From IMG/VR virus record IMGVR_UViG_3300043777_000092, positions 1-59,008 of that record: DNA of 59,008 nucleotides; one strand, given 5' to 3'. Under the pieces are notes generated by a model that worked only from the letters and a program-made list of their open reading frames with translations, was not told the origin of the DNA and did no database searches. A program made the translations under genes and the position numbers. This DNA comes from a virus (lineage: Duplodnaviria; Caudoviricetes). Position 1 is the stretch's first letter; each line of letters begins with the position of its first letter. Of the stretch, positions 49,130 to 58,842 are shown piece after piece.

Positions 49130-49364
49130 AAATCATCTCCTTTAGGCCCAATGGCCCACATGCCATTTTTTGCACCAATAGCACCTGTACGCCTGAATCT
49201 TCTCTCCGGTTGCTTGGCGCAATCGAAACGCTTCTGCTTCTGCCTTTTGACGGGAAAGGTACATCACCTTCTGGCGGCACTGGCGATCGCGGATCCTGCG
49301 TTTGGACGCCATTCACACTCAACGAAATACACCGATTCCCTTAGTAACGCAAGAGGAAAATACC

Positions 49365-49832
49365 TTATTTTGCGACGGCTGTAATCCCCGTGGGGGCGAG
49401 CGGCGCCGCGGACGCTGCATCGGACACCGCTGATACCTGTACCGAGTCGGGACTGAGCTTCCCTTCGGCATCGACCGCGCGCACGACGTAGTAGTATTTC
49501 ACTCCGCCGACGTTGACTGTATCCGCAAACGAGAGCGTTGTGAGGGGCAAGATCGTGGGGTTGATCTGCGTGTACGGGCCGCCGTTGGTAGTCGAGCGAT
49601 AGACGTTGAACCCTGCGGCGAGGTCCGTTCCTTGCGTGTAGGACCAACTGATCGTGATGCTGTGAAGCGTCTGAGCTTCCGCCAAGGCACAGAGCCCCAG
49701 CCCAATCGAGGCAAGCGCCAAGATTCCAAGTGCCCGCCATGCTCGAGTGCAATGAGATAACAGTCGGCGCACATCGGGATTCGCTTTCTCTGGCGCCGTC
49801 CGCGCATCGAGTACCGAGCCCTGTTTGGACAT
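49365..49832 (-). CDS. FN3-domain protein with signal/anchor segment
   Basis: LCALAEA|Q; ITISW..GFNVYRS..FAD..YYYVVRAVD. Confidence 0.75.
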   Translation of the reverse strand: MSKQGSVLDARTAPEKANPDVRRLLSHCTRAWRALGILALASIGLGLCALAEAQTLHSITISWSYTQGTDLAAGFNVYRSTTNGGPYTQINPTILPLTTLSFADTVNVGGVKYYYVVRAVDAEGKLSPDSVQVSAVSDAASAAPLAPTGITAVAK

Positions 49833-49842
49833 GCGTAGCACC

Positions 49843-50844
49843 TCATTGGATGGATAGTGGCAGCTCGTTGTACGCTTGTCCAGCAGGCTTCCCCGTCAGC
49901 GTTCCCCATTTCGTGTTGTCCCACGCGTACCAATAGACCCGTTCAATGCCAGCCGCGCGCAGATTCTTGTGGTAGGTGTAGACGTAGATCACCTGGGCAG
50001 TCATAGTCTGCGGCGTCCAGAGTCCCCAACTGCCTTCGGTCATCCAGAGCGGTTTGCCTCCGGCAAGCGCGGTCAGAGCGTCGGCCATGATCAGCACGTC
50101 GTTTGGGTCCTGCGCGTAGGCGTGGAAGGCCATTATGTCGAATGTGGACGCTCCGCCGGCCGCAAGGTAGCCCTGCATCCATACCTGCGGGCTTGCGAGC
50201 GTAGGTGTGGGCGAGACAACCTTGGCGGCCGGGTCCAAGGCGCGAATGAGGCCCGAGGCGTCTTTCGCCATTGTCACAAGCTGCGCGGTCGTCCCGGCCC
50301 ATGAGTTCGGCTCGTTTGGCTCGTTCCAAAGTTCGTAGAACTGAATCTTGCCCTTCTCGTGCAGGACGAGAGCCTGGACGAACTCGCGCCATTGATGATC
50401 AGTAGTTCCCACATCGCTCGGCACTCCTGCACACCAAGCGTTGTACGCACACGGCGCCCCCGTGGTTGCCCACTTCGGCGTGCGCCCGAAGACGTATAGC
50501 ACATCCCGGTTCGCCACCTTCGCGGTGGCGATCCACTCATCGAGCGGCTTCCAGTTGTACACGTTCAGGCTGGTGTTGATTTGCTCCCAAGCGACCGCAT
50601 CATCCCACAGCCGAATGCCGCAGCCAGCCACCGCGGGTACTTTGGCGATGTCCAGTTCGTTGAAGTTCATGCCGAGGAACGAGCACGGCAGGGTTGCCGT
50701 CGTTCGGGGAACGAGCACCTGGCGCTCGTCTTTAGGAGGCGGCTGGCTCTGCCGGGTCGGGAGTCGGAAGGCCAAAACCGTCATCGCGGCTCCCACTATC
50801 GACGCCAGCGAGAACAGCAACCTTACTAGGTTTTTGTTCGTCAT
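49843..50844 (-). CDS. Clan GH-A glycoside hydrolase (GH39/GH5-like) with N-terminal hydrophobic segment
   Basis: IRLWD, TPKWA, YELWNEPN (acid/base), AFHAY, PLWMTEGSW (nucleophile). Confidence 0.82.
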   Translation of the reverse strand: MTNKNLVRLLFSLASIVGAAMTVLAFRLPTRQSQPPPKDERQVLVPRTTATLPCSFLGMNFNELDIAKVPAVAGCGIRLWDDAVAWEQINTSLNVYNWKPLDEWIATAKVANRDVLYVFGRTPKWATTGAPCAYNAWCAGVPSDVGTTDHQWREFVQALVLHEKGKIQFYELWNEPNEPNSWAGTTAQLVTMAKDASGLIRALDPAAKVVSPTPTLASPQVWMQGYLAAGGASTFDIMAFHAYAQDPNDVLIMADALTALAGGKPLWMTEGSWGLWTPQTMTAQVIYVYTYHKNLRAAGIERVYWYAWDNTKWGTLTGKPAGQAYNELPLSIQ

Positions 50845-51019
50845 GGAGAACCCTTTCAAACAGCACCCGCTTGGACAGTTCAATGTTAATCATCTGCTGT
50901 TGGTCGTGGCGCATGTCCTCCAGCAGATAGATTATGCGCCACATAAGCAGGTAGGCGCCGATGGCCGTCACGCCAAGCAGAATCAGCAGTGACCTGTCAA
51001 ACCAACTGAGCGTCGTCAT
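50732..51019 (-). CDS. Small membrane protein
   Basis: GAGGAG RBS; one TM helix; overlaps the GH start. Confidence 0.5.
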   Translation of the reverse strand: MTTLSWFDRSLLILLGVTAIGAYLLMWRIIYLLEDMRHDQQQMINIELSKRVLFERVLHDEQKPSKVAVLAGVDSGSRDDGFGLPTPDPAEPAAS

Positions 51020-51247
51020 ATTCTCCTCACCAACTGAGAAAGTCTCGAAAGAACTCTGCCACCTCGCGCGCCGAAAGGATGATGACGCCTTGCGCGAGCA
51101 CGAACAGCGAGAGCACCGCGAAGAACAGCACGAAAGCTAGAATCAATCGCCGCGTATTAGGGCTCCATCATCAACCGCAACCCCCTTGGGGGTCTTACGC
51201 CAGTCCGGGGGGATTGGAGGTAGGTTGCGGCTGGTGATGAAGTCCTT

Positions 51248-52213
51248 TCACCGAACAATGTTCGGGTCGTCAGGAGGATACCACTTTCGCGGCGTCCCGC
51301 GAAAGTACGGTCTGTCAGTTTCTATATAGTGCAGGCAATCGAGGCAGTGCTTCTGGTATGTGATGGGCCGTTCGTCCACCGGACGCTCGGGCGCGCCCTC
51401 GGGAAACCGCACGTTCTCGAACTCGTCGATCAGCTCCAAGAGGTTGTTGAACACGCGCATCCTTGGCGGTCCATCGTTCTCGCCTGCCCGCTGCTGCGGC
51501 ATGAGTGCTCGAGCAATCGAGTCCTGCGCCTTCGCCAGATTGTCGTGGCCCTTGAGTGCCGGCGTGAAGTTGAGGTTGAGCGTCATCGAGGCGTCGTTTA
51601 GGTGCAGCTTGGTCAGCTCCGCACCAAGCCGTCTGTAAGTCTCAAAATAGTCCTCGCCCTCGTCTGAGTTTGCAGCCGACCCGAAGGTGTCCATATACCT
51701 TCGAGAAACAACGAGCCTCTTACCGCGCGCCCAGCGAAACGGTTCAGGTTTCTCTGCTGAGTCTGACTCGAAGAATTGAATCCATTCCGCGTACTCTCGC
51801 GTGTGCCAGCGCACACCATCCGTAGGACCATAGGTAGTTCCAAATTCAGGCCAGAACTCTCCGCACACGGCGCGGTCACCGTGCTTGTTGAATGCTTCCC
51901 ATACCATTGCGTGCGCAGTTCGTGGGTGAGGATCGAGAGCCATATAAATAGTCCAACGATCACGGTCAGAGCAATCAAAAGGCTCGCACAAGTTTCTCTC
52001 GCGGTGAAACTCGGGGTAGAGCAGTTCGCCCTCAAGGGCTTCATACTCGATCTCCATCTCGCGCCGGAAGCGCGCCTCGGATGTGTACTTGGACCTGAGA
52101 AGCTGCAGGCGCTCGGCGTCCATGCTGGGGTCTGCCGAGTAGTGTAGGCGCACGACGGGGATGCCTGCGCCTGGGCGCCCAGGCGGGATCTGGCGGATGG
52201 TTACGCCTTGCAT
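51248..52213 (-). CDS. terL: Terminase large subunit, C-terminal (nuclease) part
   Basis: RLHYSADP, REMEIE, YPEF, YMALDPH (RNase H Asp), HCLDCLHY; own GAGG RBS and ATG. Confidence 0.8.
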   Translation of the reverse strand: MQGVTIRQIPPGRPGAGIPVVRLHYSADPSMDAERLQLLRSKYTSEARFRREMEIEYEALEGELLYPEFHRERNLCEPFDCSDRDRWTIYMALDPHPRTAHAMVWEAFNKHGDRAVCGEFWPEFGTTYGPTDGVRWHTREYAEWIQFFESDSAEKPEPFRWARGKRLVVSRRYMDTFGSAANSDEGEDYFETYRRLGAELTKLHLNDASMTLNLNFTPALKGHDNLAKAQDSIARALMPQQRAGENDGPPRMRVFNNLLELIDEFENVRFPEGAPERPVDERPITYQKHCLDCLHYIETDRPYFRGTPRKWYPPDDPNIVR

Positions 52214-52541
52214 AGCGCCTCGAGTTCTTCGAGCCCACGCTTCTCCCATTCCAGAATCTCTTCCACGCTTAGCACGCGTGTTTCAACCCGATTGTGCGGG
52301 AATGTATATCTCATAGCATTCCGCACGCTCGCCTGCACACCTCTGATCGTGCGGGCTTTCCTGATAAACCGCAGTTTTCCGTTCCAAAAAATGAAAATAA
52401 GAAATCTCACAGCAGCACATCCCTTATCTCAGCCACCACGGCGATCAGGAAGAGCATGATGGCCACCGCGGCGGCGCACGCCCCGAAGATGGCGGCCATC
52501 CACTTCACGATCCACAGGAAGAACAGCCACTGGATCATCAG
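52201..52541 (-). CDS. Two small ORFs between the terminase halves (52201-52410; ~52407-52541 hydrophobic)
   Basis: Coupled ORFs. Confidence 0.5.
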
Positions 52542-52969
52542 GGCACCGCAACTGCCTTAAACGCAAATAGATCACGAATCTTCTGGAAGTCGTCAGTAAC
52601 GAGGCCAGCCATTTTCACCATCAGATCCGGTTCACGAAGTCCTGGCACAAATATCGCCACTGGTTTTCCTGACCCCACGGCCCATCCCATTTCCATGCTT
52701 GCAGACGGCCCGCAGGGCATCACCATCACAAGGGCCTCGCACTCGCGTAGCGCTTTCATATCCCGATTAAAGCCACGCTCTGCGCACGGATGATCAAGTC
52801 CTTCAATATAGCCACGAGGGGTCCACAATTTCCAATTTGGATCTACTTCCGACCAGTGAAACCCCTCTGAATCCTTGAAGTCGTATACTTCATGTCCGTC
52901 AAGGCGGAGCGCAGCAACTACTCCGGGCTGAAAGTCGTTGCGCCAAGAACTTGCCACATAGATTTTCAT
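52538..52969 (-). CDS. Nucleoside 2-deoxyribosyltransferase-like protein
   Basis: KIYVAS, GHEVYD, DMKALREC, GPSASMEMGWA..GKPV. Confidence 0.72.
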   Translation of the reverse strand: MKIYVASSWRNDFQPGVVAALRLDGHEVYDFKDSEGFHWSEVDPNWKLWTPRGYIEGLDHPCAERGFNRDMKALRECEALVMVMPCGPSASMEMGWAVGSGKPVAIFVPGLREPDLMVKMAGLVTDDFQKIRDLFAFKAVAVP

Positions 52970-53757
52970 AAATACCTTTCCAACCCAATCGGCCGCGCGT
53001 CCTTCGTGAGCCGCCTAAACCAGCTCGGTGCTGCGGAGGATAGCACAATCACCTTGGGAACTTTCGATGAAATGGCGATATCGAAGGCTTCGCCCCCGTT
53101 GTCAATGAAGCAGGCCTCATCCACAACCAAAATCGACGGGTGCTCCGACCTGATTTTGTCCGGGTCTTTGCCTGGCAAAGCGATCAGTTTCCCGCCGTCC
53201 GCGAACTCGAGCGTGGTGGTGTTCTGGCGGTCCATTGGTCGTTTTAGGGGCCAAAGCTCTCGAAATATCGTGTCCTGCTGCCCGTAGAGCACTTTTGCGT
53301 AGTCGAGTAGGGCTACAGACCTATCCTCATCCTGGGACCAGAAGATTCCCTTGCTGGGCTGGTGCGTCATGCAGAAATGCACCGTTTCGCCTGCCGCCCA
53401 CCACGACGCCATCATTGTGCGGGACTTCTCAACGAACGTCACAGGTTCTTGGCGATAGACGTTGTGGAGGACGACGAAGTAATCGCGGTCAGGGAAAGGC
53501 TTATAAGGTTGGATCGGGTCCTGGTCGTCTCTTGTCTTGGTGTGGTTCCACATCCAGTACAGGCTGTTCAGGATTGGGGGCACTTGCGGCACCGATTGCC
53601 ACAAGGACCTTTGGATCGGTTCCGGCAGGGAGTGCCACTTGGACGGTAATGTGGCCAGGTCGAGCTCCAACTGGATCTGGCTCGTCTGGGTTGTGTCCGT
53701 TGCCGATGATACCGAGGAATCGGGCGCAATCGTTTGCTGCAGCTCGCTGTTCGGCAT
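52966..53757 (-). CDS. terL: Terminase large subunit, N-terminal ATPase part (true start uncertain; overlaps terS)
   Basis: VEKSRTMMASW (Walker A variant), IRSEHP, VVDEACF (Walker B), LSSA (motif III). Confidence 0.82.
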   Translation of the reverse strand: MPNSELQQTIAPDSSVSSATDTTQTSQIQLELDLATLPSKWHSLPEPIQRSLWQSVPQVPPILNSLYWMWNHTKTRDDQDPIQPYKPFPDRDYFVVLHNVYRQEPVTFVEKSRTMMASWWAAGETVHFCMTHQPSKGIFWSQDEDRSVALLDYAKVLYGQQDTIFRELWPLKRPMDRQNTTTLEFADGGKLIALPGKDPDKIRSEHPSILVVDEACFIDNGGEAFDIAISSKVPKVIVLSSAAPSWFRRLTKDARPIGLERYL

Positions 53758-54058
53758 GGGGGATTACCGTCCTTTGGTCCATGACCACGCCACCGCTTTG
53801 AAAGAAGATGGTTTCCTTGCATTCCATCTTGGAGCGGAGCTTGCGATAAATCGTCGTCACTTCCTTGTCAAGGTTGAATCCAGCGGCTTCCAAGGCGGGA
53901 TGAAAGCGTAACTTCAATCGCTTGTATGCGTTGTGGGCGGATTGTCTCGTTGCAAAGCCTGCTTTGAGGCCAGCGTCTTTGATGGTCATACCTTTGCCCA
54001 GGTTTCTGAGCATTTTCCTATCGGCTTCTTTCCTCTTTGGGGGACTCTTGCGCGGCAT
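53501..54058 (-). CDS. terS: Terminase small subunit
   Basis: HTH-like TIKDAGLKAGF; directly upstream of terL. Confidence 0.65.
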   Translation of the reverse strand: MPRKSPPKRKEADRKMLRNLGKGMTIKDAGLKAGFATRQSAHNAYKRLKLRFHPALEAAGFNLDKEVTTIYRKLRSKMECKETIFFQSGGVVMDQRTVIPHAEQRAAANDCARFLGIIGNGHNPDEPDPVGARPGHITVQVALPAGTDPKVLVAIGAASAPNPEQPVLDVEPHQDKRRPGPDPTL

Positions 54059-54160
54059 AACGGGACGGATTGTAGCATGAGGCGGGCACCTTGCGTAGCG
54101 CCCTGTGAGGGATTATCAGTCCCAACGCTCCGCGACTCTGGAGTAGAGTTGGTTCGGAGA

Positions 54161-56109
54161 CTAGGATGGTTCCATTCCAAAGAAGTCATCAGGATCGCGC
54201 CGTGCCATCGACCGCAGACACTTCGGACAAATAGAGCTGGTTGCTGTTTTCGGTAATCGCTTGCCGCACTCCACGCACTTCATGCGGCCTTGCGAATCGG
54301 GGCAATCGCCAGCTTCATGTCCACAGCAAGGATAATCTTCACATCGTGCCATTTTGTTCTCCTGCGAGTTGATTAGGGGTGGCCCCCGCTCGCAATTCGG
54401 ACTATGCGCCTATTCAGGTTTGCTTGTCAACAACATTCTGCTGCCACCACTCGGGGTCTTCCTTGAAACAGAACTGGTACCCGCTCTGAAAGTGGACGTA
54501 GGAACCGCCATCGAGGTCCGAGTGTACGCGCTCAACCATGTCGGTGTTGACCCAGTTCTGGGCCGTCTCGGAGTTCCCTATCTTTTGAGTTAGGAGGACC
54601 CACATCGCTACTCCTCCACGATCCCGAAGCGCGTCCACGGGTAGTACCCGCTCTCGGCGATGCCGTCCCGGTTGATCTCAAGGTAGAACATCAATCAAAC
54701 CAATGAACAGTAGACGTACTCCCACTGTAAGGCACACAAATGATGCTACGGCAGAAACTGATTCCGATAGAGTTGACCATCCCGAGTCGCTGTTGATCAT
54801 CGCAAATATGAGGATGCAGCCGATGACCATCACCACTATCCCGACGATGATATTCAGCCATTTGCTCCTAGTGCTGCTCTTGGCGATCAGCATCATTCGG
54901 CCTGCGGGTGGACAGGCGGCTTCTTCGGTTTGGGCTTGGGTTTTGGTTTCTTCGCCATACGCTGCCTCACTTTGAATTGGGTGCCGGGTGGATCGTCGCT
55001 GCACCACCGCGATGTGTCCGAGTTCTAACCCTAGCAAGTACTCACCATGCGGCTTCTATCGCTTTGCGGCACCCAAACTTTGCTCACACAAAATGCAGCG
55101 AGGCGATAGCGAATCTCCGTCTGACAGACCCTCTGGACACTTTCCCTTGGGGGAACCGGGGCGGATTACAAGGTGCCGCCATTAGAGTAACCGTTTGCCT
55201 CAGTGAGTCTGCGGCCCCTAGAGGCATTCCCTTACTGCCAGTGTTTCTGTTCGATTCGGAGAGTTGCATCGCTATCGCCTTCGCTGATGGTGCTCGCTTT
55301 TGTGTGTGGGATCTCGGTCTACCCAATGCTCTGATGGAACGAGAGCTTCTTGGCAATGTCGCTGATTCGGTGCGCGCTCGTCTTGCGACCATGCTTGAAT
55401 CCGCCTGTGGGCTTCATGCCGCGGTTGATTACACTCTGATGCCCGGGGACGCCGCGCTTGTGCTCCACGAAGTCGCTCATGCCCGTCTCGCCCTTGAACA
55501 TCCCAGGCTTGGACTTCTTGAACTGCGTGCGCATCGCGCCTATCGGGTGGTGCGCAGGAACGCTGTGCATTTTCTTGATGTGCGTCGGGTGGTGAATCGT
55601 GCGTCCTTCCGTTCCAGCAGAACCGCGCGCAATGCGATGCTCTGGATCGAGCTGCGGCGATCGGCTAGGCGCGTCGTGCGCGCCGGACCCGCGCCGGCCG
55701 ATGCGCGTGCCGCTGAATGTCTTCGCGTCCATGTGCTTCTGTGTGGCCTTGTCGTTCGGACGGCGGTTGCCTGCCGAGCCGCCAGCCTGCGGCTTCTTGC
55801 CCGACTGGAGGTTATTGGCAGGGATCTGGATGCTCTTGTTCTTGGACATGCTGCGCAGGAGTTCGCTGAAGCCATGGCCCCTGTTGCCGCTGTGAAATCT
55901 TGCCAAGTTGCCCTCCTCTACATCTTGATCTTTTTTGCGAGGTCGCGCGCGTGCTTGCGACTCATGGCGCGCCCTTTCGCAGTTTCTTCTGAGCCGTGCA
56001 TCGCGCCCATGTTGTTCAAGGCTCCGTAAACATAACGCTGCGCCCGCTTCCCAGTGAAACCTTTCTTTCGTGCCCCTGCTGCAAGTTTCTGTTTCAAGAA
56101 CTCTGGCAT
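54161..56109 (-). CDS. Cluster of small hypothetical genes (54161-54352 Cys-rich; 54414-~54605; 54678-~54896 two TM; basic proteins 55319-55849 and 55918-56109)
   Basis: Tandem minus-strand ORFs; several starts uncertain. Confidence 0.5.
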
Positions 56110-56147
56110 GATGAAACGATAGTATTACCAACGTCTATCCGAATCAA

Positions 56148-56507
56148 CTACGAATTTGGGTGGTACTTGCGCTCAAAGACCTCTTTTGGATTTAGATAAA
56201 TGTAGCCGTCAGATTGGATCACCCAGTAGTCGCCAATAACGGGTGTCATGCGGGAAGTCATCTCTGGTTTCGCTGTCACGATTTTACCGCCTTCTAGTTC
56301 CAAACCCAATCCTTCGGCATTCCACGTACCAGATACATAAGCATGATCCATCCCAACATCACCACGCGCCGCCTCATGAGTGTGAGCCGATTCGGGCTCA
56401 CCGCACACGATACCACCTTCAGCGGAGGCACATGCACCCTGGACAAAAATACGCACGATCTTGAACGCGTCCACTTCGACTGGATTTGCCGTGTATTTCA
56501 TTTTCAT
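56148..56507 (-). CDS. Conserved small phage protein with GDYWV..DGY..PKEVFERKY motif
   Basis: Motif common in small phage beta-barrel proteins. Confidence 0.6.
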   Translation of the reverse strand: MKMKYTANPVEVDAFKIVRIFVQGACASAEGGIVCGEPESAHTHEAARGDVGMDHAYVSGTWNAEGLGLELEGGKIVTAKPEMTSRMTPVIGDYWVIQSDGYIYLNPKEVFERKYHPNS

Positions 56508-57216
56508 CTCCTCTTCTCAGGCCAAGATAACGATTCTTTTAGAATCGCATCGAACTTTTCGACATCGAAACCGTCACCACCCTGGACGAGCGCCTCTATT
56601 TCCGGCCACAGCCGCACAAGATCCGGCGTGTAGCAGATTATAAACTTGCCGTCAGGGGTGGACATCGGCTTACCGATTCGCAGGCGATCGAGGTTGCCCT
56701 GCTCAACGATCAGCATCGCCTTGCCGTCTGTTGTGGTGAAGTAAATCATTGCGGTTGGCTGACTGCTTTTTCAGCGAGTTCGCCCGCTATCTCCCAAATT
56801 ATGCCATCGAGGTCGGCTATCACCTCGGCGTCGCAGTCTTTCAGGAACGGGTTGAACTTTCGGTGCAGGTAGGCGTAAAGCTGGTCGCGGTTCATGGCAT
56901 CCTCTCAGTCTGCTTGGATTTGATGCTCGCACACGTGCAGCTCATCGTCGGGAAGGTCTGGCTCGAACAGATACGTGTCATCAGGATGGATTAAGAATAC
57001 TCGCCCTGTTGGACAGTCTATCGTGTGGCCAGTTACCGGCCTGACGCGCACGATCATGCCCTGGGTTTTCCGCCAGACATGGTGGTGGGTCCCAGGAAAC
57101 CCATCACAGCAAACCGGGGCGGCTGGCGCAATCCGTACCGGCTGCCACTCACTCTCTGGATCATAGGGTTCGTGGCCTGCCGCGATTGCTTTGTCGTTCA
57201 TGCCCCAGTCGCTCAT
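56504..57216 (-). CDS. Small hypothetical genes (56504-56749; 56905-57216)
   Basis: Coupled ORFs. Confidence 0.5.
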
Positions 57217-57422
57217 ATCGCTTTCACCTTGCACTGCACCCCGACGATTGTTAGGAACACGCGGAACTGATTCTGACGCGTCTCCTTGGTACACACGAGG
57301 TCCACTTTCTCTTCCAGCATCTCCCCTTTACTGCCGGCGCCGCGGACCACTGAGAACCCTGCGGCCTCAAAGAGATTGCGGACCTCGTGCTCAAAAGCTC
57401 GGCCCTTGGTTGCGGTACTCAA
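57213..57422 (-). CDS. Hjc-like PD-(D/E)XK resolvase, very short (69 aa)
   Basis: KGRAFEHEV..GFSVVRGAGS..VDLV..VQCK. Confidence 0.65.
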   Translation of the reverse strand: MSTATKGRAFEHEVRNLFEAAGFSVVRGAGSKGEMLEEKVDLVCTKETRQNQFRVFLTIVGVQCKVKAI

Positions 57423-58142
57423 TCTTCTTCCTTTTCCTTCCGCACGCGCACCTTGACCTTTTCGCCCTCGGGAATCAGCTCAATCTCGATGTCCTCGTAG
57501 ACGTAGGTCTTGCGGTTGTGGCGGTGCATCAAAGCAATCAGTTTGGTTTTGAGTTCAACTTCGCGCTTAGTCATCTCCATGCGCTCGTCGCGGCCTTCGT
57601 CGTAGTCGAGGGCGGCTTGGTTCAGTTCGTGGATCGCGCTGTCCTCCATCGTGGGCAGGCGCGGCGGGGCTTCCTTGCTCTTCTTGGTGGGCTTGTCTGC
57701 TGCTTTGCCTTTAACTGCCAAAGTTCCTCCTTTTACGGTTGTTTGTCCCAGATGTTGCCGAGAATTTCCTTCTGCCTATCTGAAAGCCTGCGATTGCGCG
57801 TCCATTGATCAGTGATTGACTCCACGAACGATTGCTCCCATGCGGAAAGGCGGTCCAACTCAAGCCCGTCAAGGATGTAGTCGATCGCTTGGTCCGTGAG
57901 TTCTTCTTGCTTCACTAGAAAAACCTCATCACGGGATGCCGCGGGCAGGTGTCCACGTTGGGACCGAATGGCTTTGAACACCTGTCGCAAATATAAGCAT
58001 CGCAAGTGTGCTGTTTGTCCAGTGGATAATCACATTGCTTGGTGCTAACCGCATCGCAGAATTCACATTTCGGAGCGCGCTTGCGACCACGCGAGCAAAC
58101 GATCACATGAGTGCCACCAATAATTTTGTGTTCACAGCCCAT
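57419..58142 (-). CDS. Three small hypothetical genes (57419-57721, 57733-~57920, 57915-58142 Cys-rich)
   Basis: RBS and overlaps. Confidence 0.55.
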
Positions 58143-58502
58143 CAGGGATGCTCTCCTCTCGCACCGCGGTGGCACCCGGAACACAGCGTGACAAGGTTGT
58201 CAGCGTTGTCCCAGCGGCGCGCACCGTAGTTTTGTGCAACGTGATGTGGTTCCATTTGGTCCAGCGGCACGAACGCTCCGCACTTCACGCAGTGGTGCCG
58301 GTCACGCTCCCAGACTTCGATGTACCGGCGCTTTTTGTCGATTCCGACAAGGTACTCGCGGCCATCGGTGGCAACAAACGAGTCGGCGTGCTCGTAATCT
58401 CCGCACTCCCGTTTAATCTTCGTGGGCAGGCGCGGCGGGGCTTCCTTGCTCTTCTTGGTGGGCTTGTCTGCGGGCTTGCCTTTAACTGCCATATTCCTCC
58501 TT
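57649..58502. repeat. ~84-bp near-identical direct repeat including RBS and gene start (57649-57732 versus 58420-58502)
   Basis: Both encode MAVKGKxADKPTKKSKEAPPRLPT. Confidence 0.9.
58142..58492 (-). CDS. HNH endonuclease with N-terminus shared with gene 57419-57721
   Basis: ERDRHHCVKC..PHHV..NLVTLCSGCH. Confidence 0.8.
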   Translation of the reverse strand: MAVKGKPADKPTKKSKEAPPRLPTKIKRECGDYEHADSFVATDGREYLVGIDKKRRYIEVWERDRHHCVKCGAFVPLDQMEPHHVAQNYGARRWDNADNLVTLCSGCHRGARGEHP

Positions 58503-58842
58503 AAAATAGACGTGCTTGGCCCGTTTCTCTCTCTCGGCGTTCTCTTCGATGTTGCTTGTGGAGTTTCACATCGTAACGCAGGTGGCAACGCTGGCACATT
58601 GCCTTGAGGTGCTTGCGCCGCGGACATTTCGGATTATGGCAAAGATGGGCCACTGTGAGCACGATCTTCCCTTTCGCAAATTTGGCAGGCTCGCCGTTTC
58701 GTTCAACGCAGCGCCGCGGCCCTGGGTGTGTCCGATGGAGTCCGCACTCACCAGTGCATTCACAGCGACCACCTGAACGCGCGCGAACCTCATGCGAGAT
58801 CGCGGGCCAGTTCTTCGGATAGTTCTTGCGGTCTGCTGGCAT
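58501..58842 (-). CDS. HNH-like protein
   Basis: YPKNW..GRCEC..VLTVAHL..LKAMCQRCHLRYD. Confidence 0.8.
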   Translation of the reverse strand: MPADRKNYPKNWPAISHEVRARSGGRCECTGECGLHRTHPGPRRCVERNGEPAKFAKGKIVLTVAHLCHNPKCPRRKHLKAMCQRCHLRYDVKLHKQHRRERRERETGQARLF

